A DNA stretch of 64,000 nucleotides. It comes from a virus (lineage: Duplodnaviria; Caudoviricetes). The stretch's first letter is position 1. Each line of letters begins with the position of its first letter. Under the pieces are notes generated by a model, which saw only the letters and a program-made list of their open reading frames with translations, searched no databases and was not told the DNA's origin. This document shows, piece by piece, positions 35,638 through 44,762 of this stretch. The stretch spans positions 14,239 to 78,238 of the IMG/VR virus record IMGVR_UViG_2833778570_000001; one strand, given 5' to 3'. The translations under genes were made by a program, and so were the position numbers.

Positions 35638-36035
35638 CTCGCGCGGTCCTGCACCGCCTCGTCCACCTGGCGGCGCAGCCAGGGATGGGCGGTGAAGAGG
35701 CGCCGGGCGTTGTCCGGCGTGAGAGGCACCGCCGCACCGCCCTCCATGACGCCCGTCCAGGAGGCGGTGCAGGCCACCAGCAGCTCCAGCGCGTCGGCCT
35801 CCATGTCCCGGGGCGGCTCCTGCCGAGCGCGGCGGCCGGCGCGCGGCGCGCTGGCGGTGACCTTCTCGATAATGGCGCGCGTGGCCTCGCGGTAGCGGGG
35901 CGAGTCCGCACTGGCCACCTCCACCTGCATGCCGGTCGGCTGGCCGGTGATGGGATGGAGGATGTCCACGGCGAGGGTGTCGTGGCGGATGAGGCTGGAG
36001 AGGTCGAAGCCGGAGGTGGCGGGGGCGGTGCTCAT
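35580..36035 (-). CDS. tail assembly chaperone gpG-like
   Basis: LHPITGQP, LLVACTASW, FTAHPWLRRQVDEA..RASFF; lies between tail tube and TMP. Confidence 0.85.
   Translation of the reverse strand: MSTAPATSGFDLSSLIRHDTLAVDILHPITGQPTGMQVEVASADSPRYREATRAIIEKVTASAPRAGRRARQEPPRDMEADALELLVACTASWTGVMEGGAAVPLTPDNARRLFTAHPWLRRQVDEAVQDRASFFEERASDSSSSPATNSA
35631..35637 (-). other. programmed -1 ribosomal frameshift heptamer U UUU UUC
   Basis: In-phase X XXY YYZ site near the end of gpG; -1 frame open to 35278. Confidence 0.8.
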
Positions 36036-36082
36036 GCGGGACTCCTGGTGGTGAGGGGAGGAAGGGCTGCGCAGGCCGCGGG

Positions 36083-37231
36083 CTACGCGTTGCTGCGCTG
36101 GTAGAGGATGGAGGCGCCGGACGCGGAGTCGAGCAGCGCCGTGAAGGGCATGGACACCTGGACGGGGCCTTCCTTCGGGTTGTCGAGCTCGCCGCCCGTG
36201 TACTTGAGGCGGGGAACCCGGAGGGTGTGGAAGTCCGTCCCGTTGACGTCCTGGAGCACCACCTCCAGCGAGGACTCAGCCTCGTCCAAGAACTTCGCCA
36301 GCAAGTCCTGCCCCATGAAGTAGGCGCTGAGGGTGCCGGAGACGCCGAAGCCGCCCTCGTGAATCTCCGTGGCGGAGCGCTGGCCGATGACGCCCTTCGT
36401 GGAGCGTCCGTTGGTGATGTCCAGGTCCAGGGACGTGACGTTGGCCACCAGCTGCCCGCCCTCGCGCAGGCTGCCGGTGAAGGCGTCGAAGGGGCTGTTG
36501 GTGCCCGGGGGCGTGACGGTGGCCGCGTGCGACGCCGTGGCCATCTGCATGTCCTTGCCCAGCAACGCGAAGGTGCCGGTGATGATCTCCTCGGGCTTGA
36601 TGGAGAGCTTCAGCGAGTCCACCGCGCAGCCGCGGTAGAGGGCGTACTGGTTGATGTCCGTGAAGGCGCGCTCGAAGGAGAACGTCTTCAGGACGGTGCC
36701 GGACTTCAGCAGGCGGCCCACCAGCGCCACGGTGCGCCCGGCGGCGGCCGCGTCGTCCTCCAGCTCCAGGTCCACGGTGAGGGCCAGCGCGGTGACGGCC
36801 TCGACGCGCGCGCGGCCGTTGTTGCCCGCTTCCGCGAAGCCGGACACCAGCACCTGGTCCCCAGGCAGGAAGCCATCCGCGAGGAAGCTGCCGGCGGTGC
36901 GCATGAAGGCGCCGGTGGCCGCGTCGGCGGAGAGGGAGACGCTGCCGGTGGTGGCCGAAGCCCAGGTGCCGCTGAGGGCGGCCTCCAAGAGGTCATCGAA
37001 GGTGCCGAGGGAGAGCTCGACGCCGATGTCCCCGCCGACGCTCACCATGCCGTGGCGCAAGTCGGAGAGGTGCCTGTCGGCGCGAATCTCGTTGGACTGG
37101 TAGTTGGCCTTCGAGAGGTTGAGGCCGGTGCTGGTGAAGCGCAGGGCCTTGTAGGTGGTGCTGGCCGCGACGCCGAAGCTGGCCTCGGAGGTGAAGCGCA
37201 GCGCGGTGCGCTGGCCGGAAGCGGAAGGCAT
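36083..37231 (-). CDS. major tail tube protein
   Basis: QSNEIRADR, VGGDI.VELS..FDDLLEAALSGTW, TFSFERAFTD motifs; position in the module. Confidence 0.85.
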   Translation of the reverse strand: MPSASGQRTALRFTSEASFGVAASTTYKALRFTSTGLNLSKANYQSNEIRADRHLSDLRHGMVSVGGDIGVELSLGTFDDLLEAALSGTWASATTGSVSLSADAATGAFMRTAGSFLADGFLPGDQVLVSGFAEAGNNGRARVEAVTALALTVDLELEDDAAAAGRTVALVGRLLKSGTVLKTFSFERAFTDINQYALYRGCAVDSLKLSIKPEEIITGTFALLGKDMQMATASHAATVTPPGTNSPFDAFTGSLREGGQLVANVTSLDLDITNGRSTKGVIGQRSATEIHEGGFGVSGTLSAYFMGQDLLAKFLDEAESSLEVVLQDVNGTDFHTLRVPRLKYTGGELDNPKEGPVQVSMPFTALLDSASGASILYQRSNA

Positions 37232-37261
37232 GGGTTTCTCCTGTCGCGCGAGGCGACGGTG

Positions 37262-37681
37262 CTACGCGTGGACGAGCCAGAAGACGGAAACGGGACGCAT
37301 CCACCAGGGCTCCTCGCGGAGGCCGGGCCCGGCGGAGGCGGACAGGATGCGGACGACGGTGGTGCCCGCCTGCAGCGAGGTGCCGCGCGCGAAGCCGTCG
37401 CACACGGCCTGGGCGGCGGTGTTGGCGGTCCCGGCGCCCTCGCCCAGGGGGAAGAAGAGGGACACCTGGAAGACGCCCGGGTGGCGCGTCTGCGCGTCCA
37501 GGCCCAGGCCGGCAGCGGCCGTGCGCGCGGGCAGATGGTCCACCCGCGCCCAGGGCGTGCCCTCCTTCGGGGCGTAGACAACGTTGGGGAAGGCGATGTT
37601 GTCCGCCCCCACCACGGGCGCCAGCACCGCCGTGGCGTGCGCCTCCAGTGCCCGGGGGATGTCCAGGAGGACGGCACTCAC
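37262..37681 (-). CDS. tail terminator-like protein
   Basis: IAFPNVVY.P, GVFQVSLFFPLG.G..A..F.RGT; position in the module. Confidence 0.75.
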   Translation of the reverse strand: MSAVLLDIPRALEAHATAVLAPVVGADNIAFPNVVYAPKEGTPWARVDHLPARTAAAGLGLDAQTRHPGVFQVSLFFPLGEGAGTANTAAQAVCDGFARGTSLQAGTTVVRILSASAGPGLREEPWWMRPVSVFWLVHA

Positions 37682-38097
37682 TTCGCCGCCTCCTCGAGGA
37701 TTTCATTCACCTGGGCCAGGGTGGTGCGCACCATCCCCTTCGGGGCCTGCTGGCTCCAGCCGAACTCCAGCCGGCGGGCGTAGGGGAGGTTGTTGGTGAT
37801 GTAGACGGTCTCGCCCAGTTCCACCCCCTCCAGCTTCGCGCCCTCGCGGGAGACGACGGCGCTGCCGTCCTTGTCCTCCGCGTCCACGGTGCCTGCGGGC
37901 CTGTCGCCCAGCCCCACCTGCCAGTTGCCCCGGAAGCGGCCAGTGTCCACCGGGGAGGCGGTGACAACGTTGGCCAGGATGCCCAGCGCCGTCTTGCGCA
38001 CCACCTCGTTGGCGCGGGCCTCAGTGGCCTTCACGAAGGCCTGCACCTGCGTCGAGAAGCGGGCGCCCTTGCGGATGCGCCTGTCCACCTTCGTCAT
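37678..38097 (-). CDS. HK97 gp10-like neck/tail completion protein
   Basis: SPVDTGRFRGNWQVG, ITNNLPYARRLEFGWSQQAPKGMVR. Confidence 0.88.
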   Translation of the reverse strand: MTKVDRRIRKGARFSTQVQAFVKATEARANEVVRKTALGILANVVTASPVDTGRFRGNWQVGLGDRPAGTVDAEDKDGSAVVSREGAKLEGVELGETVYITNNLPYARRLEFGWSQQAPKGMVRTTLAQVNEILEEAAK

Positions 38098-38480
38098 GCG
38101 GACACCCGGAGGTTGAAGAGGATGGGGGTGCCGCCCAGCTGCGTCGGCGGGTCGGTCCGCAGCACGCGCCAGGTGCGGCCCTCCAGTGGCCCCACGGTGT
38201 CGCCCGGCGCCGGCACCACCGGCAGGCCGCCGGCCGCGACGAGTACCTTCCGCCGGTCCGCGCGCGTGGTGCCGCCGTCGGTGAGGCTGTCGCCCTCCTT
38301 GTCTTGGCCGCTGTCCGCCTGCACCAGCACCTGGACGGGGTACGCCGCGGTGGACGCCACCACCTTCGCCGTGGCCACGTCGTACGTGCCCGGCCCGGCC
38401 CGCGTGAGGGTGGCCTGCTGGCCGTAGCGCTTCACCAGCGCCAGCGACTTGGCGGCGAGCCTGTCCGCCTGGGCGCTCAT
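38094..38480 (-). CDS. head closure / head-tail joining protein
   Basis: LVKRYGQQATLTR..G.YD; coupled to both neighbours. Confidence 0.7.
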   Translation of the reverse strand: MSAQADRLAAKSLALVKRYGQQATLTRAGPGTYDVATAKVVASTAAYPVQVLVQADSGQDKEGDSLTDGGTTRADRRKVLVAAGGLPVVPAPGDTVGPLEGRTWRVLRTDPPTQLGGTPILFNLRVSA

Positions 38481-38968
38481 CCGCGCACCGTGGTGTGGAC
38501 GCGGATGCCGCTGGGGCTGCCCTGGATGAGGGGCCCCAGCAGCGCCAGCACCTGGGAGGGGATGGGCCGGTGCGTCTCCTTCGACGTCTTCAGCGGGCCC
38601 ACCTGCACGCCCTCGTCCACCACAGGACCGAGGCCAGCCGTCCAGTCCTCGCCCAGCAGTCGGAAGGCGAACTCCGCCACCGCGGACTTCACCCGCCGGG
38701 GGACGGCGTCGGCCGCCAGCGGGCACCCGTCCAGCACCACGCCCCGGCGCGGCCAGGCCAGGGCCTGCTCCGCGTCAGCGCGCGCGCCCAGCCACTCGCA
38801 GCGGGAGTCCAGGACAGACGTCGCCCACTTCAGATGCCGCTCCTTTGTCTCGGTGTCGGCGGCGGCCCAGGCGTCGTTGTGGCCGCGCGCCGCGTGGTAG
38901 GCGTCCGCCTCCACGACGTCGCAGTAGGAGTCGGCGAGCGGGCCGCCGGGAGTGCTGTCGAGTGACAT
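38477..38968 (-). CDS. head-tail adaptor (DnaT-like phage family)
   Basis: ADSYCDVVEADAYH, WLGAR..QALAWPR..VP..VK.A.AE.A. Confidence 0.75.
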   Translation of the reverse strand: MSLDSTPGGPLADSYCDVVEADAYHAARGHNDAWAAADTETKERHLKWATSVLDSRCEWLGARADAEQALAWPRRGVVLDGCPLAADAVPRRVKSAVAEFAFRLLGEDWTAGLGPVVDEGVQVGPLKTSKETHRPIPSQVLALLGPLIQGSPSGIRVHTTVRG

Positions 38969-38989
38969 GGGCAGGTCCTCGTGCGCGGA

Positions 38990-39433
38990 CTACTTCGCCG
39001 CCTTGCCGGCCTTGGGCGCCTTCTCCTGGGCCTCGGCAGTGGGCGCCTCGGTGGCCGAGGTGCTGGTGCCCTTCCCAGCGCCCTCCGCGCGCGCCAGCCG
39101 GGCCTCCAGGTCCTCCCGCGCGCGCCGCGTCGCCTCCAGTTCGGCCTGGAGGTCCTCCATCGCGGTCCGCACGCGCGCCAGGTCCTTCTCGCTCACCGCC
39201 GCCTCGCCCGCAGAGGCGCCCTTCCACTGGCTCTCCTCCCACTTCTCCCGGGCCGCCTCGAAGTCCCGCGAGTCGCGCGGGTACGCCGAGTGGTACGTCG
39301 CCAGGATGCCGAGCGCGGCCGACGCATCCGCCGGCACCCGCGCCACGCCATCCACGAAATCGAAGCCCGCGAGGACGCACGACTGCCCCGCCCTCGGGCC
39401 CACCAGCTTCACTTCCACGACACGAGCAGCCAC
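38990..39433 (-). CDS. hypothetical virion-associated protein
   Basis: ORF with RBS after the major capsid gene; C-terminal coiled coil. Confidence 0.65.
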   Translation of the reverse strand: MAARVVEVKLVGPRAGQSCVLAGFDFVDGVARVPADASAALGILATYHSAYPRDSRDFEAAREKWEESQWKGASAGEAAVSEKDLARVRTAMEDLQAELEATRRAREDLEARLARAEGAGKGTSTSATEAPTAEAQEKAPKAGKAAK

Positions 39434-39549
39434 GGAGTACTCCTAGGGAATGCGGCCAGCGCCCGCCGGCCGCGAGGTTGTGAGGTGCAGCGCCAGGCAC
39501 GCTGGCCGCGAGGACGCGCAAGGCGCGCCCGGGTCCTGCCCCGCCACTG

Positions 39550-40467
39550 CTAGTTGGTGACGCCCTTCGCCACGGCGAGCGCGAGGTCGCTGTACACGGC
39601 CAGGCCGCAGTAGAACTTCACGCGGGTGATGGACTCGTCCTTCGTCTCGGACTCGCCGATGTTCTTCACCTGGATGCCCATGGCCTTCTTCGCGTGCAGG
39701 CCGGCGATGCCCACCCGCTGGCTGCCATCATCCAGGCAGCCAGCGACGATGCTGGTGGACGTCGTGCTGCTGCCCTGCGTCTGGTTGGTGGGCATCCAGT
39801 CGTTGCGGAAGACGGGGACGCCCTCGTACTCCAGCACCTCCTCGCCGCTCGGCAGCTTCAGCGTCTCGACGATGCCGGCGCCGCCCTGGCCGCGCAGCAG
39901 CGACTTCAGCGAGCGGATGGTGCGGCCGTGCATCATCAGGAAGTCCACCTTCCCGTCCTTCGCCTTCACCGCGTCCAGCAGCTCGTCCAGCATCTCGAAG
40001 GAGAGGGCCCCGCCGTTGGCGCCCGCCGTCAGCGTCTGGCCCGAGCTGGCGAGGCCCAGGAGGCCGACGAACTCATCGTTGGCCCCCGTCCCGTTGATGA
40101 GGAGGTTGGAGTACTTCCGGCCCACCGCCTTGGCCTTGCCGGCCACCTGCACGGCGAGCTGGTCCGTCGTGTCCGAGTGCGTGGCCTCGATGAAGTTGTC
40201 CACCTCGGCGTCGCCGACGATGCGCTTCAGAGGGCTCGTCACCTGGGTGAAGGTGGTGGCCGCCTTGGCGGTGATGGAGCTGCCGACGCCGAGCATCTGC
40301 ACGTCGCCGAGGACGTTCTCCCGGTTGTAGACGGCCGCGGGGCCCTCGACGGGCTCGAAGGGGAGGACGCCGAAGAAGCGGTCCACCGTGACGATGTTCT
40401 CGACGATGCCGGCCACCAGGTCGTTGTTCGACAGCTTGGCGGCCTCGGAAAGGATGACGGAAGGCAT
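39550..40467 (-). CDS. major capsid protein
   Basis: 305 aa after the scaffold; LPFEPVEG..YNRE, DAEVD.FI, EYEGVPVFRND, RVKFYCGLAV. Confidence 0.85.
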   Translation of the reverse strand: MPSVILSEAAKLSNNDLVAGIVENIVTVDRFFGVLPFEPVEGPAAVYNRENVLGDVQMLGVGSSITAKAATTFTQVTSPLKRIVGDAEVDNFIEATHSDTTDQLAVQVAGKAKAVGRKYSNLLINGTGANDEFVGLLGLASSGQTLTAGANGGALSFEMLDELLDAVKAKDGKVDFLMMHGRTIRSLKSLLRGQGGAGIVETLKLPSGEEVLEYEGVPVFRNDWMPTNQTQGSSTTSTSIVAGCLDDGSQRVGIAGLHAKKAMGIQVKNIGESETKDESITRVKFYCGLAVYSDLALAVAKGVTN

Positions 40468-40583
40468 GGAAAGGCTTTCTTCCTCGCGTGAGAGGGAAAA
40501 GAAGACGAGTGGGCGGACGCGCTACGGCGAGGGCTGGGGAAAGCCCGGTGGACGCGTCTGATTTGGAGGGAGAGTGACTGCGT

Positions 40584-40631
40584 CCGGGCATCCCGCCCGG
40601 TTTGCTTCAGGCCGCATCCCGCGCACCTGAA
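40584..40631 (-). promoter_or_regulatory. twin hairpins with identical C-GGGAU-G loops in the scaffold-capsid intergenic region
   Basis: On the minus strand: ttcagg-t-g-cgc GGGAT gcg-g-cctgaa and ccgggc GGGAT gcccgg. Confidence 0.5.
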
Positions 40632-40635
40632 ACGG

Positions 40636-41388
40636 CTACTTCAACTCGGCCAACCCCTTCGCGATGCGCTGCGTAGAGGAGAGCTTCTCACTGCCGGGCG
40701 TCCCGCCCGTTTTGCCCCCCGGCGGCGTCCCGCTGCCGGAGGAACCCGAGCTTTCGAAGGCCCGGGCGAAGTCCGGATTCTTCTTGAGCTCCGCGACGAA
40801 CTCCCGCGTCGTCACGTAGCCGCCCGACTTGTTGACGCGAGGCTCACCCTTCGCGTCGACAATTCGAGCCAAGAAGTCACCGTCTTCCTCAATCACTTTC
40901 ACATAACGCTCGACGTAAGGCAACAGCAGCGACGTGCTCCCCTTCGCGTCGGCGATGGCGGCCAGCGCCTCCGCGTGCGCGACGCGCTGGTGGTACGTGG
41001 TGCGCATGCGCTCGATGGTGGACTCCTTCTCGGTGAGCGTCTTGGAGTGCCCGGCCTCCAGCTCCGCGCGCTGCTTCTCCCACTCGGCCGCGCCCTCCCT
41101 CCCCTTCTGCGCCTCGGCCAGCTGCGCGCGCAACTCGCCCACCTGCTTCTCCGCGTCCTCGGGCGTCTTCCCCAGCTTCTGGTAGCCGGCCACCTGGGTC
41201 TTCAGCTCCTTCACCGCGTCGCGCTCCTTCTTCAGCGCGGTGCTGAGGCTGGTGGTGTCCATGCGCTTCGCCAGGTCCGCGTCGAGGAGGTGCTTCGCGC
41301 CCTCCCCTTCCCCCTTCGCGTACAGCCCGCGGAACTTCTCCGGGACGATGTCCAGCGTGTCCAACTCCTGCTGCCACTCGAATTCCAC
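40636..41388 (-). CDS. capsid scaffolding protein
   Basis: GTG with GAAAGG RBS; charged coiled coil; Gly/Ser-rich C-terminus ..RIAKGL. Confidence 0.8.
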   Translation of the reverse strand: MEFEWQQELDTLDIVPEKFRGLYAKGEGEGAKHLLDADLAKRMDTTSLSTALKKERDAVKELKTQVAGYQKLGKTPEDAEKQVGELRAQLAEAQKGREGAAEWEKQRAELEAGHSKTLTEKESTIERMRTTYHQRVAHAEALAAIADAKGSTSLLLPYVERYVKVIEEDGDFLARIVDAKGEPRVNKSGGYVTTREFVAELKKNPDFARAFESSGSSGSGTPPGGKTGGTPGSEKLSSTQRIAKGLAELK

Positions 41389-41417
41389 GTGTCTGCCTTT
41401 CTCGGCCCGGTGGCCGA

Positions 41418-42635
41418 CTACAGCTGTGCCTTCTTGAAAGCGGCGGCCTCGGCGGCGCGCAGCTCGTCCAGGGTGAGCGTCTTGCCGCTGGCATCGGTGA
41501 AGCTGCCAAGGCGGAGTCCTGCATCCCGGAAGAGGCGACCGCGCGCGGGTCCCAACACCTCGTCCTGGAAGCTTGTGGGCTGACGGCGCAGCCAGTCCTC
41601 GTAGGACAGGCCCTTGGGCGCGGAGCCGATGTTCTCCTTGGCCCAGCGCTCGCGGATGCGCTTCACCGCCGCGCCGCGCTCCTTCTCCGTCATGTCCTTC
41701 CAGGCCTCGCCAGCCTTGGACTTCGCCTCGGCCCGGAAGTCGATTTCCCGGTTCCGCCTGTCGCGCGTGTCCCGGACGGTGGGCCTGTCGCCCACGAGGC
41801 GCACTCCGTCGATGACGGGGATGGTCGTTGTCCGGCACCGGGGGTGGAAAGGAGGCCGCTTCCCTTCCCGCACGGGGAACTCCTTCCCATCCAGCGACAT
41901 GCACAGCAGCGTGGTGCGCCCGTCCAAGGTCGCAACCAGACGCACAGCCGTCACGAGGTCGGCGTTGGCCCGGTACACCTCCTCCCGGGCCTGGGTGGCC
42001 ACGTGGTTGAGGGAGGTACGCACCATCGCGTCCGCGCCCCGCCGGGTCACCTCCAGGACGCCGTCCGAGTAGGACGCGGAGCGAGTGCCCATGATGTCCC
42101 GGACGATCTGCGACGTCGTGCGCCCCTCCACCACGCCCGCCTGGACGGCGCGGTCGATGCGCACCAGGTCCGCCTCCGCAATCCCCTTCACCCAGGACTC
42201 AAGGACGGCGCCGTTGAAGGGCCGCGAGAAGACGGCCGCCTCCAGCACCTCCGCCGTGGGCGCGGCGATGGAGACATCCACGATGAGCGTCTCCTCCAGC
42301 AGGGCCGCCTGCCACCGCGCCTCGTACGCCGCGAAGGAGGCAGCCTCCTCCTGCAGCGTGCTGGAGAGGGCGGCGTAGGCGCCGGCCCGGAGGGTGCGCA
42401 CCTCGGACAGCAGCCCGGCGATGCGCTCCGTCGTCTCGCGGCCGGCGTCGTACCCGCCCGCGTCCTCAATGGTCTGGAGGCGCGCGGCGAGCTGCTCCGT
42501 GAGGCGCCCCTCCGTGTCGTTGAGGAGGCCCACCACGCGCCGGGCCACGCCGGCCTTGTAGCGCTCCAACTGGACGGCGTGCGCGACGGAGCGCTCCAGC
42601 AGATCCTCGTTGGCGGTGGGGCGGACGGTGCTCAT
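41418..42635 (-). CDS. minor head protein (SPP1 gp7 / Mu gpF-like)
   Basis: MVRTSLNH, VATLDGRTT..C..LDG, PPFHPRCR motifs. Confidence 0.9.
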   Translation of the reverse strand: MSTVRPTANEDLLERSVAHAVQLERYKAGVARRVVGLLNDTEGRLTEQLAARLQTIEDAGGYDAGRETTERIAGLLSEVRTLRAGAYAALSSTLQEEAASFAAYEARWQAALLEETLIVDVSIAAPTAEVLEAAVFSRPFNGAVLESWVKGIAEADLVRIDRAVQAGVVEGRTTSQIVRDIMGTRSASYSDGVLEVTRRGADAMVRTSLNHVATQAREEVYRANADLVTAVRLVATLDGRTTLLCMSLDGKEFPVREGKRPPFHPRCRTTTIPVIDGVRLVGDRPTVRDTRDRRNREIDFRAEAKSKAGEAWKDMTEKERGAAVKRIRERWAKENIGSAPKGLSYEDWLRRQPTSFQDEVLGPARGRLFRDAGLRLGSFTDASGKTLTLDELRAAEAAAFKKAQL

Positions 42636-42799
42636 CGGGCACCACCCTGGCGTGCATCCGCGCCCAGCTCGATGAAGGCCCGCCGGGCCGTCCAGTCGTG
42701 CAGCGCGTCTCCCCATGCCTCGGGGAGCACCTCCATGAGAGGGTGGGCGACGACGTTGTGCACGAAGCGCCAGAGGCGGGCGCGCAGGGCCGGCGTCAT
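42632..42799 (-). CDS. 55-aa hypothetical protein
   Basis: ATGA overlaps at both ends; HNVVAHPLME..LHD.TA. Confidence 0.6.
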   Translation of the reverse strand: MTPALRARLWRFVHNVVAHPLMEVLPEAWGDALHDWTARRAFIELGADARQGGAR

Positions 42800-44271
42800 G
42801 CAGCCCTCCCGCCGACGGGCAGCTGCTGGCCCTGCGGCACTTGGCCACCCGCTGCCGGCGCCGTGCGCAGGCTGCCCAGCGCGGGACCCTCGCTCGCAAG
42901 GCGCTCCCCGTCCACCTCCACGTCGAAGTCGGCCATGAGGACACCGCGGCGCTTGAGCTCCGCCAGGAAGGCGTCGCGGGAAATCTCCCGGGCCGCCCGC
43001 GCCTTGAAGAGGACGTCCAGGCCCTGCGCGTCGGACTCGGAGATGCCGAAGTCGGTGTGCACCTCCACCTTCAGCTTCGCGTCCTCCACCTCCAGCCCCA
43101 GCCACCGGGCCGCGAAGTAGAAGGCCAGCTCCAGCGCGTCGCTGAAGGACTCCGCCATGGCCTGCAGCTCGGAGTGGGCCTGGGCGGTGTTGATGGACTT
43201 TTCGGTGGCCGTGGGAGTGCCGGAGCGCCGGACGAGGAGCTCCACGCCCAGCATGGCCATCTCGTCCTTCAGGTCCTCCAGGTCCTGCCGGCCAGCCGTG
43301 ATGGCCGCGCCGGTGTGCTCCACGTAGTAGAACTTCCCCTGCGGACTGCTTGTGGTGAGGAGCGCGTGGGGCCCCACCGTCACCTTCCCCGAGCCTCGCC
43401 CCTCCCCTTCCCCGCGGTCCTGCTCCAGCCCCGAGGCCGCCAGCATGGGGAAGCGCGCCACGGTGAGGACGTTCCGCTGGTCGCTGGCGGACTGCCAGTG
43501 CTCCACGTTCTTGTCCGCCAGGTCCATCAGTGGAGGCTTCGCGGCGCACAGGGCCGTGCGCTCCCCGGCGTACCAGGTGACGAGGGGGATGAAGCCCAGC
43601 GTGTTGGGGCCGCTCGCTGCCTGCTTCCACTCGCTGGTGCCGCTGCGCTCGTAGACGGCCCAGGTGTCGCGCTCGAGGACGCGCACCCGCTCCACCTGCA
43701 CCTCTTCGAAGCCGTCCCGGCGCGTCTCGCATTCGCGGATGCGCACGTGGGTGAGCACCTCCACCCCGCCCACCGTTTCCGCATACGCGGCGATGAGGGA
43801 CTCGGCGGAGACGTGCACGAAGTACGGGCGGAGGCCGGCGCGCTGCTCGTCCTCCAGCGTCCGCACCGTCTCCGGATCCACCACCGGGAAGTCCACGAGG
43901 ATGTGGGCGAGGCCCTTGGACAGGCCATCCCGGAAGACGCCGCGGGCCCAGGCGGTGATGTCGCTGCCCTGCCTGTCCACGTCGTCCACCAGGACACGCA
44001 GCGGCTCGGGCGCGGAGTCGCCCAGGCGCACGGGCTTGGCGAAGGGCTTCGCGGCGAGGTTGCGCACCGTCTTGCCGAAGACGTTGAGGAGGACGGCGCG
44101 CGCCAGGCGCTCCTTGTACGCGTCCTCCTCCTCCGCGTGGTAGCGCGGCAGGTAGGTGCGGCCAGCGGCGCGCATGGTGCTGGTGCCGCCCAGGAGGGCC
44201 AGGACGAGGGCCCACGCGGGCTGCATGGCCCGGTAGGCGCTGCTGGGGGTGCTGACGTCGGCGGCACTCAT
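42796..44271 (-). CDS. portal protein (DUF4055-like)
   Basis: LLGGTSTMRAAG..YLPR..EEEDAY..RL.RA, KPPLMDLA..N..HWQ..SD, TATE motifs. Confidence 0.9.
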   Translation of the reverse strand: MSAADVSTPSSAYRAMQPAWALVLALLGGTSTMRAAGRTYLPRYHAEEEDAYKERLARAVLLNVFGKTVRNLAAKPFAKPVRLGDSAPEPLRVLVDDVDRQGSDITAWARGVFRDGLSKGLAHILVDFPVVDPETVRTLEDEQRAGLRPYFVHVSAESLIAAYAETVGGVEVLTHVRIRECETRRDGFEEVQVERVRVLERDTWAVYERSGTSEWKQAASGPNTLGFIPLVTWYAGERTALCAAKPPLMDLADKNVEHWQSASDQRNVLTVARFPMLAASGLEQDRGEGEGRGSGKVTVGPHALLTTSSPQGKFYYVEHTGAAITAGRQDLEDLKDEMAMLGVELLVRRSGTPTATEKSINTAQAHSELQAMAESFSDALELAFYFAARWLGLEVEDAKLKVEVHTDFGISESDAQGLDVLFKARAAREISRDAFLAELKRRGVLMADFDVEVDGERLASEGPALGSLRTAPAAGGQVPQGQQLPVGGRAA

Positions 44272-44762
44272 TCCGCAGGCTCCATGCGGCGGATGGCCGC
44301 CTCACCGCGCACCGCGGTGAAGACGCTCGCCACCACGTGGCCCTGCATGGCGGACGGGCCGGAGAGCAGCAGGTGCAGCACCTCCGGCCGCTCGGCGTTG
44401 AGGGTTTCGCGGACGGAGGCCTCGTCGGTGCGCGACAGCCGGGCAGGCCCGCCCGGGTGGGTGTGCCAGTCGCCCAGGTAGCGCAGGCGCGGGCGCAATC
44501 GTTCGAGGAGGCGGTTGTCGTGGAGGCGATCCGCGTCGTAGCCCACGCGTCCGCGCATGGCATTCCGCCCGGGGCCGGTGATGGCGAGTACGTGGGCCTC
44601 GCCGTCCACCACGGCGCCCAGCAGCAGGCCGCCCGTCTCCAGCGGGGCGCGCACCCGCGCCAGGCGCAGGGCCTTGGCCAGGACGCCGGGCGCCAAGCGC
44701 ACGCGGTACCCGTCCGAGACGTAGAGGGCCGGCGCGGACGCAGTCGGCAGGGGGCAGGCCAT
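44268..44762 (-). CDS. JAB/MPN (Prok-JAB, Cap3-like) metalloprotease
   Basis: ETGGLLLG..ITGPG..YLGDWHTHP..LSRTD complete JAMM motif; coupled to terL (TGATG) and portal (ATGA). Confidence 0.88.
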   Translation of the reverse strand: MACPLPTASAPALYVSDGYRVRLAPGVLAKALRLARVRAPLETGGLLLGAVVDGEAHVLAITGPGRNAMRGRVGYDADRLHDNRLLERLRPRLRYLGDWHTHPGGPARLSRTDEASVRETLNAERPEVLHLLLSGPSAMQGHVVASVFTAVRGEAAIRRMEPAE

